Positions 1 to 11,875 are shown, numbered from the whole stretch's first letter. The stretch: 63,955 nt of DNA, filler included, from Octopus bimaculoides (GCF_001194135.2; 4 parts of 4 records of this genome joined end to end with filler, not necessarily neighbours in it), one strand, 5' to 3'. Notes: generated by a model from the letters alone, not told the origin. Numbers and translations are program-made.

Positions 1-1080
1 AATGATGGAGTAATATTGTTCTATTCGTTTCTCAATAATTCTCAGAGCTCATCTTGGTTCTTTGGAATTCTCCTTCGCGCCCCACCTCCAATAACCTTCC
101 AAACGTTTTCTATACGGTTGAGATCGGGACTTTGAGGTGACCAGTGCATAAGATTAACCCCTTCAACACTCAAAAAATTTTTGTCTCTTTTCGCAGTGTG
201 ACAGGGAGCGTTGACCTGCACGAAGATAGGATGTTGAACTGACGAGGATTGGAGTTGTGGAAGGGCATGCTATCTAAGAATCTGCTTGTAGATTTCAGCA
301 TTGACAGTCCCTTGTAGGCGAATAAGTGGACCAGGACCAGCAGCAGAGATCACTCCCCTTACCATTACACTGCCTCCTCCATACTTCACAGTCTTCTTCA
401 CATATGCATGAGATAACCTTTCGCCACTTCATCGGATGTACATCTCGCCATCGGAACCAATCACATTAAACTTTGATTCACCACTAAAATGAACCTACGA
501 CCACTGTTCTGTCCAAACGACATGTTCGTGAACGAAACGAAAACAAGCACTTTGATTCTTCTTGGAGATCAGAGGTTTCTTTGCCAGTGCCCGAGCAAGC
601 AACCCAGAACTTCGTAACCGAAAAACTGTTTTGCGCGACACGTTGACATCAGAAGTGGAGTTAAACTCGCAGGATATCTCAGCAGTACTCTTAAACCTAT
701 CCTTCAGTGACATTCTAACCATAATACGATCCTGTCTTGGTGAAGTTTTATGAGCTCTACCGGTTATGGGTTTAGTATATGTCGATCCTGATGACTTAAA
801 GTGAGCTACAATTCGTTCGTTGCACAACACTTCTAAACCTTCCTGCAGTAGTTGCTATCACAGAATTTGATTTGCCCTCTTGGTGAAGGCACACAATCCT
901 TTGTTTTGCATCACGGGGCACAAATTGTCTCTCACAAGCCGCCATGTTGACAAATGAATGTTCCAATAATGTAAGATCATAAAAAGTAACTGTTAGCCCA
1001 TTAACAGTCTTCTAAACAACAAATACTTCGATTAGTAGTTCATATTTTTCTAAGTGACCCTTAACTTTTGGCCGTTGCAA
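1..1080 (-). mobile_element. Degenerate Tc1-like (DD34E) transposon: transposase pseudogene, running off the window start
   Basis: ATG at 945 begins MAACERQFVPRDAKQRIVCLHQEGKS (HTH). The ORF 495-830 is HTH_Tnp_Tc3_2-like. Downstream motifs read FSGESKF, KYGGGSVMV, FVQVNAPCH and WSPQSPDLNRIENVW. A 4-bp ACGA duplication near 815 frameshifts the ORF, and there are in-frame stops. A TIR-like CAACGGCCAAAAGT lies near 1065-1080. Confidence 0.93.
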
Positions 1081-1285
1081 TTTGGAAGATTGTTTGTTTA
1101 TTTCCTCGAAATATTTACAAAATATTTATTTCATTCACTTGAAATTTTCACGAAAGATAGATATTAGATATATGTATAAAATATCTAATCTCAACGTGTT
1201 GTTAATGTTCTATAATAACTATTTCAATACACTTGTTCTTACTGACCCTTATATTATTGCCGCTACTGTATATGTATGTATGACT

Positions 1286-2220
1286 CTTCTATTTTTTAAT
1301 TATTATAAATCTTTCACTGAGGAAGAAGCCAGTTTCCAACAAAGATACAAGGCTCCATCTTTGGATTGTAGTTAACACAAATTCACATTTGGAACTTCAG
1401 AAAAGTTTTGCATATTTTCGCTGTTCCACTCACAGATTGCACTTGCGATGTACGAATTAGCCGGTCGATTTCTCTTTTTGAAAATCCCAGTTTATCCAGA
1501 TTCTCCTTTCAGCATTGACTAACAAAACCTAGTGCTCCATTATTATTGGTATGAATATGAATTCATAGTCTGGATATAGAAGCTGGAGGTTCCGAAACAG
1601 TTGTCCATAGATATCCTCTTTTTCTTTGATTTTCAAAGAGATATTTATATCTGCAGGGCACCTGACCTCTATGATGGTACATACCTTTGCCCCTCTGTCC
1701 CAAACAACAATATCTGGCCTGTTATGTTCACATTTGACAGAAGTTTTGATGGAAGTATTTCTCTAGTATTACTTGAGTTGGTGTTTATGAATGTATTCCA
1801 TAACAGAATGATTTTCTAAGTTTATTTCAGGGCAGTCTTTTTTGCGGATGGCATTGTAAATTGTTTTAGCAACAACATCGTGCCGCATAGGGAGGTAGTA
1901 CCGTGACGGCATTTTAGGACACCTGCTAATCACATGCGTGATGTCTTCCACAAAAACATAACATAGCCCACACATGCGGTTGCACCTTGGGATTACAAGA
2001 GTGTCACTGTCTCTCTTGTTCACCGGGTACTTTGTGGCAATCCCCTTTTCCTGGATTGCAAACGCATAGTCTTCAAAGTGTGATGTGATGTAGTGATCTT
2101 GTACCCAAGAGAGGCGGGGCTTCGTGTCAATCCTACTATCTTCTTCAAGCTTCCGGGCAACATACCCATGCATGGTCTTTTTTTTGTATGCTGAATGCTT
2201 TCCATCCAGATCTTCTCTGA
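1286..2220 (-). mobile_element. 5'-truncated RLE-type non-LTR retrotransposon (R4/Dong-like), C-terminal zinc knuckle, endonuclease and 3' UTR
   Basis: CGLCYVFVEDITHVISRC (CCHC knuckle), RHDVVAKTIY, then HNRPDIVVWD..IIEVRCP..KEKEDIY (PD-(D/E)xK RLE). The ORF ends KICKTFLKFQM* near 1383. Confidence 0.9.
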
Positions 2221-2240
2221 TGTATATATGTATGCAAATA

Positions 2241-2550
2241 GGAGCACTCTGTCGGTTACGACGNNNNNNNNNNAGCTGATGCGATCAACGGAAAAGCCTG
2301 CTCGTGAAATTAACGTGCAAGTGACTGAGCAATCCACAGACACGTGTACCCCTAACGTAGTTCTCAGGAAGACTCAGCGTGACAAGGCCGGCCCTTTGAA
2401 ATACAGGTATTACTCATCTTTGCCAGCTGAGTGGACTGGAGCAACGTGAAATAAAGTGTTTTGCTCAAAGGCACAACACGTCGCCAGGAATCGAACTCAC
2501 GACCTTACGATCGTGAGCCGAATGCCCTAACCACTAAGCCACGTGCCTTC
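2241..2550 (-). mobile_element. tRNA-derived SINE (head type A2, tail type 1)
   Basis: Minus strand has A box TGGCTTAGTGG and B box GAGTTCGATTCC, core TGAGCAAAACACTTTATTTCAC, and the tail shared with 6250-6617, 33512-33873 and 48300-48630. Confidence 0.88.
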
Positions 2551-2583
<33 letters not shown>

Positions 2584-3227
2584 TGTATGTATACATGTGT
2601 GTGGTATTTTGCTATATGTATTGGGTTTTCAGTTATCATTCAGTTTCGGTAATCGCCAGAAAGGCCACCTACCAAAAAGAAAGAAAAAATCAGGATGAAA
2701 AGACATAACATCACCGCAAAAAATGCAAACATATGCGAAATACATAGACACGCGCGCGCGCGCGCACACACACACACACATACACACACACATAAATACA
2801 CAATTATCCCACACTGGCACATGTACTGATACAACACCAAGAAAATAAAGAAAATAACCCCCACCCCCCCAAAAAAAGAAACATCACCACCACAACCAAA
2901 CCTGCCACTTCAGTGTTACAAACAAAAAACAACAGAGTAGATGGACGAAATGGAAAAACATTACAAAAATGAAACCAGAAAAATGGAATAATTTGAAAAA
3001 TACACTCCCAAAATATCTAAAGGCAGATTATTAATAAAAGCGTCAAGTGAGATTTATTATACCCGCTTGGACAACATCCCTTGAGTATTGGAATTTATAG
3101 AAAATCTGTAAACAAAACATTATTGCAAGTGCCTTTCGAGGGACACCCTCTTGGAAATGAACGCAGACTACCCATCATTCGCGATGACGAAGGTGAGTAA
3201 CTTCTCCCTCTATTTAATCCAATAAAC

Positions 3228-3770
3228 ATGGTACCACTCAGAGTAGGATGTGTAAATGCATGTGGTCTGGGGTCAGCTTGGAAGCAAAGTTACTTGCTCA
3301 ATGACCTACCTCCGATACTTGGCTTATATTTGGTAATCATTATTTAAACCAAAATTTCTGGAACGTACGCTCCTCAGCACATTTTTGATGACTTTGAGGC
3401 ATACTCGTCTTGTTGTCTGATCGGAACTGGCGGTTGAGTAGCAGTGCTTTTCCGGAAAGAATTAAGTTTAGAAGTACAAACGGTCTTCCTGATTTCGATA
3501 GGTAAGTTGGTGACATTAGACGTGAATGACAGTGAATGAAGTGCCTTCAGACTAGTGACCGTCTATGTACTCGCCGGACAGGGTGGCCAGACTCTTTTTT
3601 AGCCGTCTAGAAACCTTCTTGGGATCAGCTCACTCTTTAGTTCTAGCGGGGAATTGGAATGGAATTTTAAACGCACGAAGGGATTATGTACGGGTAACCC
3701 ATAGAAGGGGATGCAAAAGCCTTGAAAACACGCTCATATTTCGACGATGGAAATGTTGGAAAATGAAAAC
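3228..3770 (+). mobile_element. Tx1/L1-clade LINE ORF2 fragment, AP-endonuclease domain (pseudogene)
   Basis: ATG at 3228: MVPLRVGCVNACGL...G*VAVLFRK...GKLVTLDV...RLVTVY...LVLAGNWNGILN. These are APE motifs, with stops and a frameshift. Confidence 0.82.
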
Positions 3771-4310
3771 ACCAATTTAATGTTCTAATGCTTACTTGAT
3801 GTACTTTCAGTTATATTTGGTGACAACTATATTTGAATGTTCCAGTTAATCATGAAATGAGACATTGTTTAATGAATTGAAGTCAATAAAAATTAAACGC
3901 CTGTCATTGTGCATACGAGGAATACCCGCATAGAAACATATATACCTGTCTATATGTATGTATACCCTTATATGCATATATATGCGTATATATCGATATA
4001 TAAAGATATGTGCCTGTGTATGTATGTATACATACATACATACATACATACACACACTCACACATACACATACACGTTACCTCTATCTCCTCTCATTCTT
4101 TCTCTCTTTGTCTCTTTCACTCTTTATACAGACACACACACATTGAACCTAGGAATTCCAGCGACAAAAGCTCAGTAACGCAGATGACACCTGGTAGTCA
4201 TAATTGATGAAGATGCTTTGCAGGCACACCAGCTGGGACATATCCGAAACAAGGTTCGGATACTGTATTTTAATGTCTCCTCTCTAAACCTTAATCTTTA
4301 ATTTTAAATT

Positions 4311-4342
<32 letters not shown>

Positions 4343-5206
4343 CTAGCTGACGTACCCGGTAATTCCCGGAAAAATGAGGCTTATCCCTTGGTTCTGTTCT
4401 CATAATTGTTTCTCTAATCCAATAACAACAATACAAAGTATGTAGCCCTTAAAACGGTTTTTGTGCATTTACAGAGAACTGTCTTACACAAGATCTTGTT
4501 TTTGGGAATTCCCAATAAGTTATGTATACCCAAATTGTGAAATCAGTTTTGTAATAACATGAAATTAGTTACTCGATAGTTAGAATTCAAATAAAGTAGC
4601 CCCGATAAGGGCTTTAATGCGTTCCCAGAGTATATAGAACTTTGGAGGAAATACTAATAAGGTATGTCTACTAAAATCGTGAAGCATCTTACGTAATAAC
4701 AGACTAATAAGATATGAGATAATAACAATTCAAAGTAAATAACTCTGAAAAGGGCTTTTGTGTGTTCCCAGAGAATGTTACCCTCAGCGGCGCTAGTGTT
4801 GGTATATTCGTGAATAAATCACGAACCGAAATAAGTGGATCTATTGTTTAGGAAAATACTATTTACTTGTTTAAGCGTTGTACTGGATGAAATGCGAAAA
4901 TAACTCTAACATTTCAAATACTAAGAAATAAGCATACTCAATTTCACTTTTACCAAATGATTTAGGAAAGTGAATGGGTTATTTCCCTTGGTTGTTAAAA
5001 TGAAATTTATTAGATATATATATAAGGATCTCTTCCAGAGGCCCTATTATCGATGCTTTCAACAATCTGAGTATGCCATGAGGTTTCCAGACCTGAATTC
5101 TACTCACGTGTCAAGTTTCATCAAAATCGATAAACCGATGTAGGAGGAGTTAGCTAACAACTCCACAAACACACCCACGGACAGAATTTCCCACATATGT
5201 AGTAGA
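4343..5206 (-). mobile_element. Non-autonomous Helitron
   Basis: Minus strand begins A^TC at 5206, has a subterminal CCGG...CCGG hairpin and ends CTAG^T at 4346-4343. Internal ~150-bp imperfect tandem units are present. Confidence 0.8.
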
Positions 5207-5307
5207 TATCTGTGTTCGTACGCTCATGCATCTCCCACTTAGCAGATATACATGCATAGGCATTAGATATTCACATCTATGCACTTATATAGCTTGTATA
5301 CACTCAC

Positions 5308-5438
5308 ATATACGCTCGTCGGCAATGGATCTGATGTCCAACAATCCCTTCAAAGACAGGCTAGCCAGCTTGACGCCAGCAAACTCCTTTCCAGCTTCGC
5401 GGTTCATGAAAATTTCCTTTTTTAATGTACTGGTGTCG
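5308..5438 (-). CDS. Candidate internal coding exon, product unknown
   Basis: CAG acceptor (5441-5439), GTGAGT donor (5307-5302), 131 nt open as DTSTLKKEIFMNREAGKEFAGVKLASLSLKGLLDIRSIADERI. No family recognised. Confidence 0.25.
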
Positions 5439-5510
5439 CTGGAATGTCAATCTCACTTCTAATGACACCATGTGACCCGCCGTCATCAATAACAACCCAG
5501 TTTTCGATAG

Positions 5511-5626
5511 CCACGAGGCTCTGGCAGGGTGTGATGGTGAACCCTGCTGTACTCTTTCACCACAACTTTCTCTCACTTTTTCTTCCTGTTTCTGTTGTAC
5601 TTGTATTTCAAAGGACCAGCCTTGTC
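5511..5626 (+). mobile_element. Internal fragment of SINE type A1
   Basis: Matches 33605-33722 (CCACGAGG...CTGCTGTACTCTTTCACCACAACTTTCTCTC). Confidence 0.8.
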
Positions 5627-6249
5627 GCTAGCAAGCTAGTTTTCTGTAAGAAGCCTACGAAACTCTAAGTTACATGGGGCCGAATCAAACTCTCTTAGAT
5701 AATAATATATGTAACGCCTACTAAACGTGCTGAGTAGCTCTTTCTTTCGGTTGTCCATTCACTCGCATGTATATATATATATTCACACACACACACACGA
5801 TAGTCAACAGGTGAGATCCAGAGATGATCAATATAGAAAACACGTACTAGTGCTCAAATGATTTGAATTTACACTCCGAAATCTTAATTGAGGACGAATT
5901 CACGGGGTAAGGATTGGCTATAAGAGGAATCTAGATGCGCTAATAAACAAATAAGCACGCTTGCGCTTGATATATAAAACATACATATTTCTATAGATCT
6001 ATATAGAGAGAAATAAAAACAGAAAATATTCAGAAGGTCAACATTCACATATAAGCATATAGATATAAATATTTTTTAGATATTAATATTTTTACAGAAC
6101 AGATTTCCATGGAGTTCAAAAATACCGAAAAATAAAGGGAGAGGGCATAGTATTTCAGGTTCGGCGGCTGTTTCATGGGGCTCGGAATCACGTAATAGTT
6201 GTAATTTTGGAGTATGCAAAAAGTCAAGGATATGTAACCCGTAGTCATA

Positions 6250-6617
6250 GCACTCCGTCGGTTACGACGACGAGGGTTCCAGTTGATCCGATCAACCAAA
6301 CAACCTGCACGCGAAATTAACGTGCAAGTGGCTGAGCACTCCAGAGACACATGCACCCTTAACGTTCTCGGAGAGATTCAGCGTGACACAGAGTGTGACA
6401 AGGATGGCACTTTGAAATACAAGTACAACAGAAACAAGAATGAAACAAAGTTGCATGAAAGAGTACAGTAGGGTTCACCATCACATCTTGCAGGAGCCTC
6501 GTGGAGCTTTAGGTGTTTTCACTCAATAAACACTCACAACGCCCGGTCTGGGAATCGAAACCGCGATCCTACGACCGCGAGTCCGCTGCCCTAACCACTG
6601 GGCCATTGTGCCTCCAC
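6250..6617 (-). mobile_element. tRNA-derived SINE (head type A1, tail type 1)
   Basis: A box TGGCCCAGTGG and B box GGTTTCGATTCC. Colinear with 33512-33873. Confidence 0.88.
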
Positions 6618-6979
6618 ACAACCCGTAGTAGATGCAAAGAAACATTACTTCAGGGTGAAGAGATTGACATCTAACATTTCAGATCGTGATGCATGGAATT
6701 TAAGGGTAGAATAGATGAACAAAAAGCTTAATACAGCTAGGTAGAAGGAGGAAGTAAGCGGTTCAGGGGGTGGGGAGGCTGTTGAAGCAGAAGAAGGGCA
6801 AGAAGAGAAAGGAGAGACAGATCACGGAAAGGGAAAGGGTGAGTGACCAGGGGATCGTGAGAAGTGGAAGTGTCGAGTTGTGAGAGATGAATGAGAAAGG
6901 GTGAAATGGGTATTGCTGCAAAGGGTGCTTATTTGTTAATTTGCGTCATTCTCTCTCCTTTCTCACTCTTTACAGACAC

Positions 6980-7010
<31 letters not shown>

Positions 7011-7027
7011 TACATACACACACACAC

Positions 7028-7058
<31 letters not shown>

Positions 7059-7887
7059 GATAGATATATCATATATATATATATGTGTGTGTGTGTGTAT
7101 GTGTGTGTATATGTATGTATGTGCTTGTATTTGTATACACATATGTATATATGTGTGTGTATATATACATGTGTGTATGTGTGTATGTATTTGTGTGCAG
7201 GTATGTGTGTCTATGTGTCTGCAGAAAGAAGGAAAGGAAAAATAGATAGATAGGTAGATAGATAGATAGATATACATGTCGGTGGACAGAAAGTTAGATA
7301 TGGCTGTAAATAGTAATGAATATCGATAGGCAGAAAGACAAGTAAATAGAGAGACATGTATGTATGTATGTATGTATGTATGTATGTATGTATATATATA
7401 TATATATATATATGCATGCATCCATATATGTATGTGTGTATGTTTGTAGTTCAAAAATTCATTGTCATTTAGGTAACAATGTATAATATAATGAAATATA
7501 TTTTATATACATTTGTGTAACTGAGCAGAAGGGGAGCAAACCTAACAGCTCATTGGCTGCTGTGAGAAGTAAGACACGAACAGTGGGATTTGAAATATAA
7601 ATCTGAAATAATATACAGCAGTTGGGAGTTAAATCTTGATTCGAAGCGGGGGTCAAGTGGGAGAGATGTATGCTTTGCTGAAAAAGAGTTGGTGGTGTTT
7701 TGAATGAAATGCAAACAGGGTTGAGATAAAGACGATTGGAAGATGAATGATATGAACAACTTGTAGGGTTTTCATCATCAGGTTAACATCACATTAGTGT
7801 CACTGGTGGATTCAATGTTAAGCAAAGACGCTGCAGCACAATAAAAAATACAGAAAGTGGGAATGTCTCCATTCCGTATATGTATGA

Positions 7888-7935
<48 letters not shown>

Positions 7936-8068
7936 GTGTGTGTATGCANNNNNNNNNNTATATATATATATATATGGTGTGTGTAAGTATGATACTAATA
8001 TTAGTGTTTGTTATGGGTATGTACGAGCATGATTTCAGTATATATGTATGATGGTGCATGTGTATTTA

Positions 8069-8102
<34 letters not shown>

Positions 8103-8254
8103 TCAGTTGATCTGTGGACTGCCAAACTCCACAGTCAGTATGACGATTACTCCCACTGTAGCACCCATACCCATTAGTGCTACGTACTTCACTGCTCGGC
8201 CCAGTCGTTTGGCTTGTTGGTAGCGTTTCTTGGCGAACGCCGTGTCCGATTGCA
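8103..8254 (-). CDS. Terminal coding exon of a CD225/dispanin-family (PRRT2/TRARG1/SynDIG-like) membrane protein
   Basis: Strong acceptor TTTCTCTTTGTATTTTTCAG (AG ends at 8255). Phase-1 start, then QSDTAFAKKRYQQAKRLGRAVKYVALMGMGATVGVIVILTVEFGSPQIN*. AKRLGRAVK plus a hydrophobic helix resembles the dispanin AQRLGRVAK plus C-terminal TM segment. Confidence 0.72.
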
Positions 8255-8319
8255 CTGAAAAATACAAAGAGAAAGTACGTTTGTTATCAGCAGTAGGAAC
8301 ATTATTATTATTATTATTA

Positions 8320-8355
<36 letters not shown>

Positions 8356-8356
<1 letters not shown>

Positions 8357-8580
8357 TTCAGTGTAGGTAAAAATGCACCGGAGACTTTAGTCATCTGTCA
8401 AGTCACAACAAGGACCTCAGATAGATAATACTTTCCTTAAGATGTGCGCTGTGCCCAATAAGGCTGCTTTTTGCAAGACATCAATCTTGCATGGGTTTTA
8501 CAGTTGCCTTAAGAAGTTTTGCAGTTCCAATAGGATTGAGCCCAGCGCTCCGATCACCACTAGTATCACTTTTACATTAC
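8356..8580 (-). mobile_element. 5'-truncated R4/Dong-like LINE 3' end abutting a (TAA)n tract
   Basis: VVIGALGS...LQKAALLGTAHILRKVLSI* (stop at 8417-8419), a short 3' UTR, then (TAA)n on the minus strand. Confidence 0.87.
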
Positions 8581-9182
8581 CCTCTCGCATTCCATACAGT
8601 CTTATTCCATACAGTCGCATTCCATACAGTCTCGCATTCCATACAGGCTAATAAAATAAATAATAATAATAATTATTATTATTATTTGAATGTTTGTGCC
8701 GCGGATTTCGGCACCTGGAAATATTAGGTTAATTCCGTGTAACTAATGTTTCATATTTAAATTAGCAAGAGAAGAAAAATAAAAATAAACTCATTTGTAA
8801 AACATGCACAAGCATGTGGAGAATTTTCTGATTATTTATTTATTTATTTATTTTTGTTATTCTCTTGTGAATTTAAATATGGGATATTAGTTACTCAACT
8901 CCGAGAAATAATTAACAGTTCAACTCGAAGCAAGTAATTAATCCTAAAAACAAATTTTCGAATAAAAATGTAAATTCTATATAATTGCAGAGCTAAGACT
9001 ATTGTGCACTCTTGTTCAGCTATCATCAAGTCCAAATCTTTTGTCAGCATGATATGAAAGTTGTTTAAATCAAGATTATATTCACACATATACTCCTTGA
9101 GAACCACGATTAGCAAGCAAATTTCTTTAACTTCATACATTTGGTTGTTAAATGATAATTCAATTCCATTTTATGTTATTCT

Positions 9183-9331
9183 GTGTCTGTTTTCCGTTCG
9201 TTTGTGCATTTACTATACGTTTTTTTAACTTATCAACTGACGGAACGCATGGCACCCTTGGTTTTATTTACAGTAAGACGTTTATATATTGTTGCGACTT
9301 CTATTTCTATCCTTTTTTCTCTCTCTGTCTC

Positions 9332-9392
<61 letters not shown>

Positions 9393-9950
9393 CTCGATCT
9401 CTTTCTCCTCTACCCTTTGTCTTCTACTCTTTTCACTTTCCTATTAGTGACTCGTGACCCATGGTCAGCCTTTAGTTATTTCTCTCTTTCTCCTTCCTTT
9501 ATTATGCCGTCCTCTGAAGCAGCCAGTCGTAATTCCTCTACTATCTCCTTCAACCTGTTTCGGTGTTTATTGCCCTTCTGTTTCCAATCCTTTAGGATCT
9601 CCCTCTTAGCATTACTCATACTTCATCTTCATCTAGCCCTAAGGCTACATTCTGTTTGTTTATTTATTTTGTTTTTGTCTCAAGTCCGTCCGCTAACGGT
9701 CTTGTCTTGAATTACATTTATTCATTTTCGTATGTCCATTTCTATATTGCTTTTTTGTTTATTTATTGTTGCCTGTTCTCGGTCCCATTTCCCGGCATCC
9801 CTTGTCGGTTGCCACCAGAAGGGTTCAATATCATCGCTAAAGACACGAAATTGCATTTTGAACATCTGGCTGATAACTGATGAGGAGTTAGGGACCTTCG
9901 CTGTCTGTCTTTCATTCGTTTGTGCATTTACTATACGTTTTTTAACGTAT
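9183..9950. repeat. Unclassified repeat with ~45-bp direct repeats at its two ends
   Basis: CGTTTGTGCATTTACTATACGTTTTTT(T)AAC occurs at about 9198-9230 and about 9918-9947. Confidence 0.5.
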
Positions 9951-10108
9951 AGTGATATATATCAAATATTAAAAAAGATACATTCAAAAGAAATACCTCA
10001 AGAATTCATTAAAAACAGTCCCAATCACTACTATCATCCACAACGAGTCACTTTCAGGGCACTTGACCATTTAACATCCTACTACTATCACACCACTCCC
10101 GTATTCTT

Positions 10109-10140
<32 letters not shown>

Positions 10141-10226
10141 CTTCTTCTTCTTCTTCTTCTTCTTCTTCTTCTTCTTCTTCTTCTTCTTCTTCTTCTTCTT
10201 CTTCTTCTTCTTCTTCNNNNNNNNNN

Positions 10227-10610
10227 CATCTGGCAGTAATTACCGTTTGAATTCTACGAGGTATGGACTCGCACAAACTTTGAATTGTTTCCAAAAGAAT
10301 TTTTGTCCATTCTTCTGCTAAAACAATCTCCGGTTCTTGTAGTGATGATGGTAGAGGATATCGACTCCTTACTTGTTTTTCTAAAATGCACCATAAATAT
10401 TCAATAATATTGAGATCTGGGGACTGTGGTGGCCAGATAAGATGTTCAACGTCACTAGAATGTTCCTCGTGCCATTCAGTAACAACTTTAGCTGTGTGAA
10501 TTGGTGCATTATCATCCTGAAAGATTGCGTTCCCCTCCGGAAACAGTTCTGCAACCATAGGATGACTTTGATCAGATAAAATGCATAAATAGTATTGACT
10601 ATTAATTCTG
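10227..10610 (-). mobile_element. Tc1-like transposase C-terminal fragment (DD34E)
   Basis: IFQDDNAPIHTAK...WPPQSPDLNIIEYLW...ESIPRRIQTVITA. Ends at a small gap next to (GAA)n(CAA)n. Confidence 0.92.
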
Positions 10611-10614
10611 ACAG

Positions 10615-11060
10615 TTAGACGATACAAAAAAGGACAGAAAGAAACAAAGACGGGTCATTCAGAGTTTTCTGTTTTCAGTCGAGTTCCAGATTTTCTTAGC
10701 AGTTTTGGCCGGTTACACTCGAGACTGCTTCAATTTGGTCGGCCCTAAGAAAATCTAAGCTAAGAGAATTGTATTCCTTGGAAGAAAGCAAGCGAATGTA
10801 TACGAAAACAAGGACAAAAGAACGGAGAAATGGTACACAAATACAAATACAAACAACAGGACATTAACAACAGGTGTCTTTCGACTAAGTACAAATTGAA
10901 TTAAGCTGGCGTGTGTGGAAGTGAAGCCTTACAACAGGGACATAAGAGGTGAACTTCACGGGAAGGAATGTAGATGTTGAACGAATGGTAGTCGAACCAA
11001 GAAAGAAAGGTCAGGCTTGCCAGAACACCGGTCACGTAGAAGAGAGGAGAGAGGTAGGGG
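10615..11060. repeat. Unclassified dispersed repeat, copy 1
   Basis: The first ~115 bp align by eye with 11876-12000 (ACAGTTAGACGATACAAAAAAGGACAG...AGTCGAGTTCCAGATTTT...TCGAGACTGCT). Confidence 0.6.
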
Positions 11061-11347
11061 CAGAGAGATAGAAGAATTATGTAGGGACGAGAAAGAAAGA
11101 AAAAAGAAATATATAAATGAGTAAAGTCTGAGAAAAATTCAGATCAGATCAGATAGAATCATTAATCGATACATATAGACATTAACACAGACACACACAG
11201 ACACGCACAAAATATATGTATCTGTATATGTGTGTGTGTTGTGGGTGTATGTGTGCGTGTGTGCGTATATATATATATATGTATATATATATACACACAC
11301 ACACTCATGGCGCACATTTATACATACGCATACACACATGCATGCTC

Positions 11348-11385
<38 letters not shown>

Positions 11386-11875
11386 NNNNNNNNNNNNNNN
11401 NNNNNNNNNNNNNNNNNNNNNNNNNNNNNNNNNNNNNNNNNNNNNNNNNNNNNNNNNNNNNNNNNNNNNNNNNNNNNNNNNNNNNNNNNNNNNNNNNNNN
11501 NNNNNNNNNNNNNNNNNNNNNNNNNNNNNNNNNNNNNNNNNNNNNNNNNNNNNNNNNNNNNNNNNNNNNNNNNNNNNNNNNNNNNNNNNNNNNNNNNNNN
11601 NNNNNNNNNNNNNNNNNNNNNNNNNNNNNNNNNNNNNNNNNNNNNNNNNNNNNNNNNNNNNNNNNNNNNNNNNNNNNNNNNNNNNNNNNNNNNNNNNNNN
11701 NNNNNNNNNNNNNNNNNNNNNNNNNNNNNNNNNNNNNNNNNNNNNNNNNTATATATATATATATATATGTACTTACATATAGGAGATCAAAAGTGTACGT
11801 ACGCTGCTATATGTATATATAAAAAAGAAAACAAAAAATGGAACAAGAACGAAACGGGCGAAAACAAAGCATCCG

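Noticed and set aside
1769-2173. Cys/His-rich nuclease ORF considered as a possible Fanzor/TnpB-like protein
   Set aside because: The motifs (CCHC knuckle, RHD, PD..E.xCP..K) are those of RLE retrotransposons; no RuvC triad is visible.
6045-6240. Minus-strand ORF containing QPPNLKYYALSLYFSVF, vaguely dispanin-like
   Set aside because: It lacks the CC..G..A motif, lies downstream of the terminal exon and begins within a SINE.
6540-6617. tRNA-like sequences with A and B boxes (also at 2480-2550, 59226 and others)
   Set aside because: They continue into shared SINE bodies and lack a complete cloverleaf; they are SINE heads, not tRNA genes.
9875-9905. CTGATGAG, CTGAAGAG and CTGACGAG hammerhead-like starts (also about 17884 and 24160)
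   Set aside because: GAAA or the required stems are missing; too degenerate to call.
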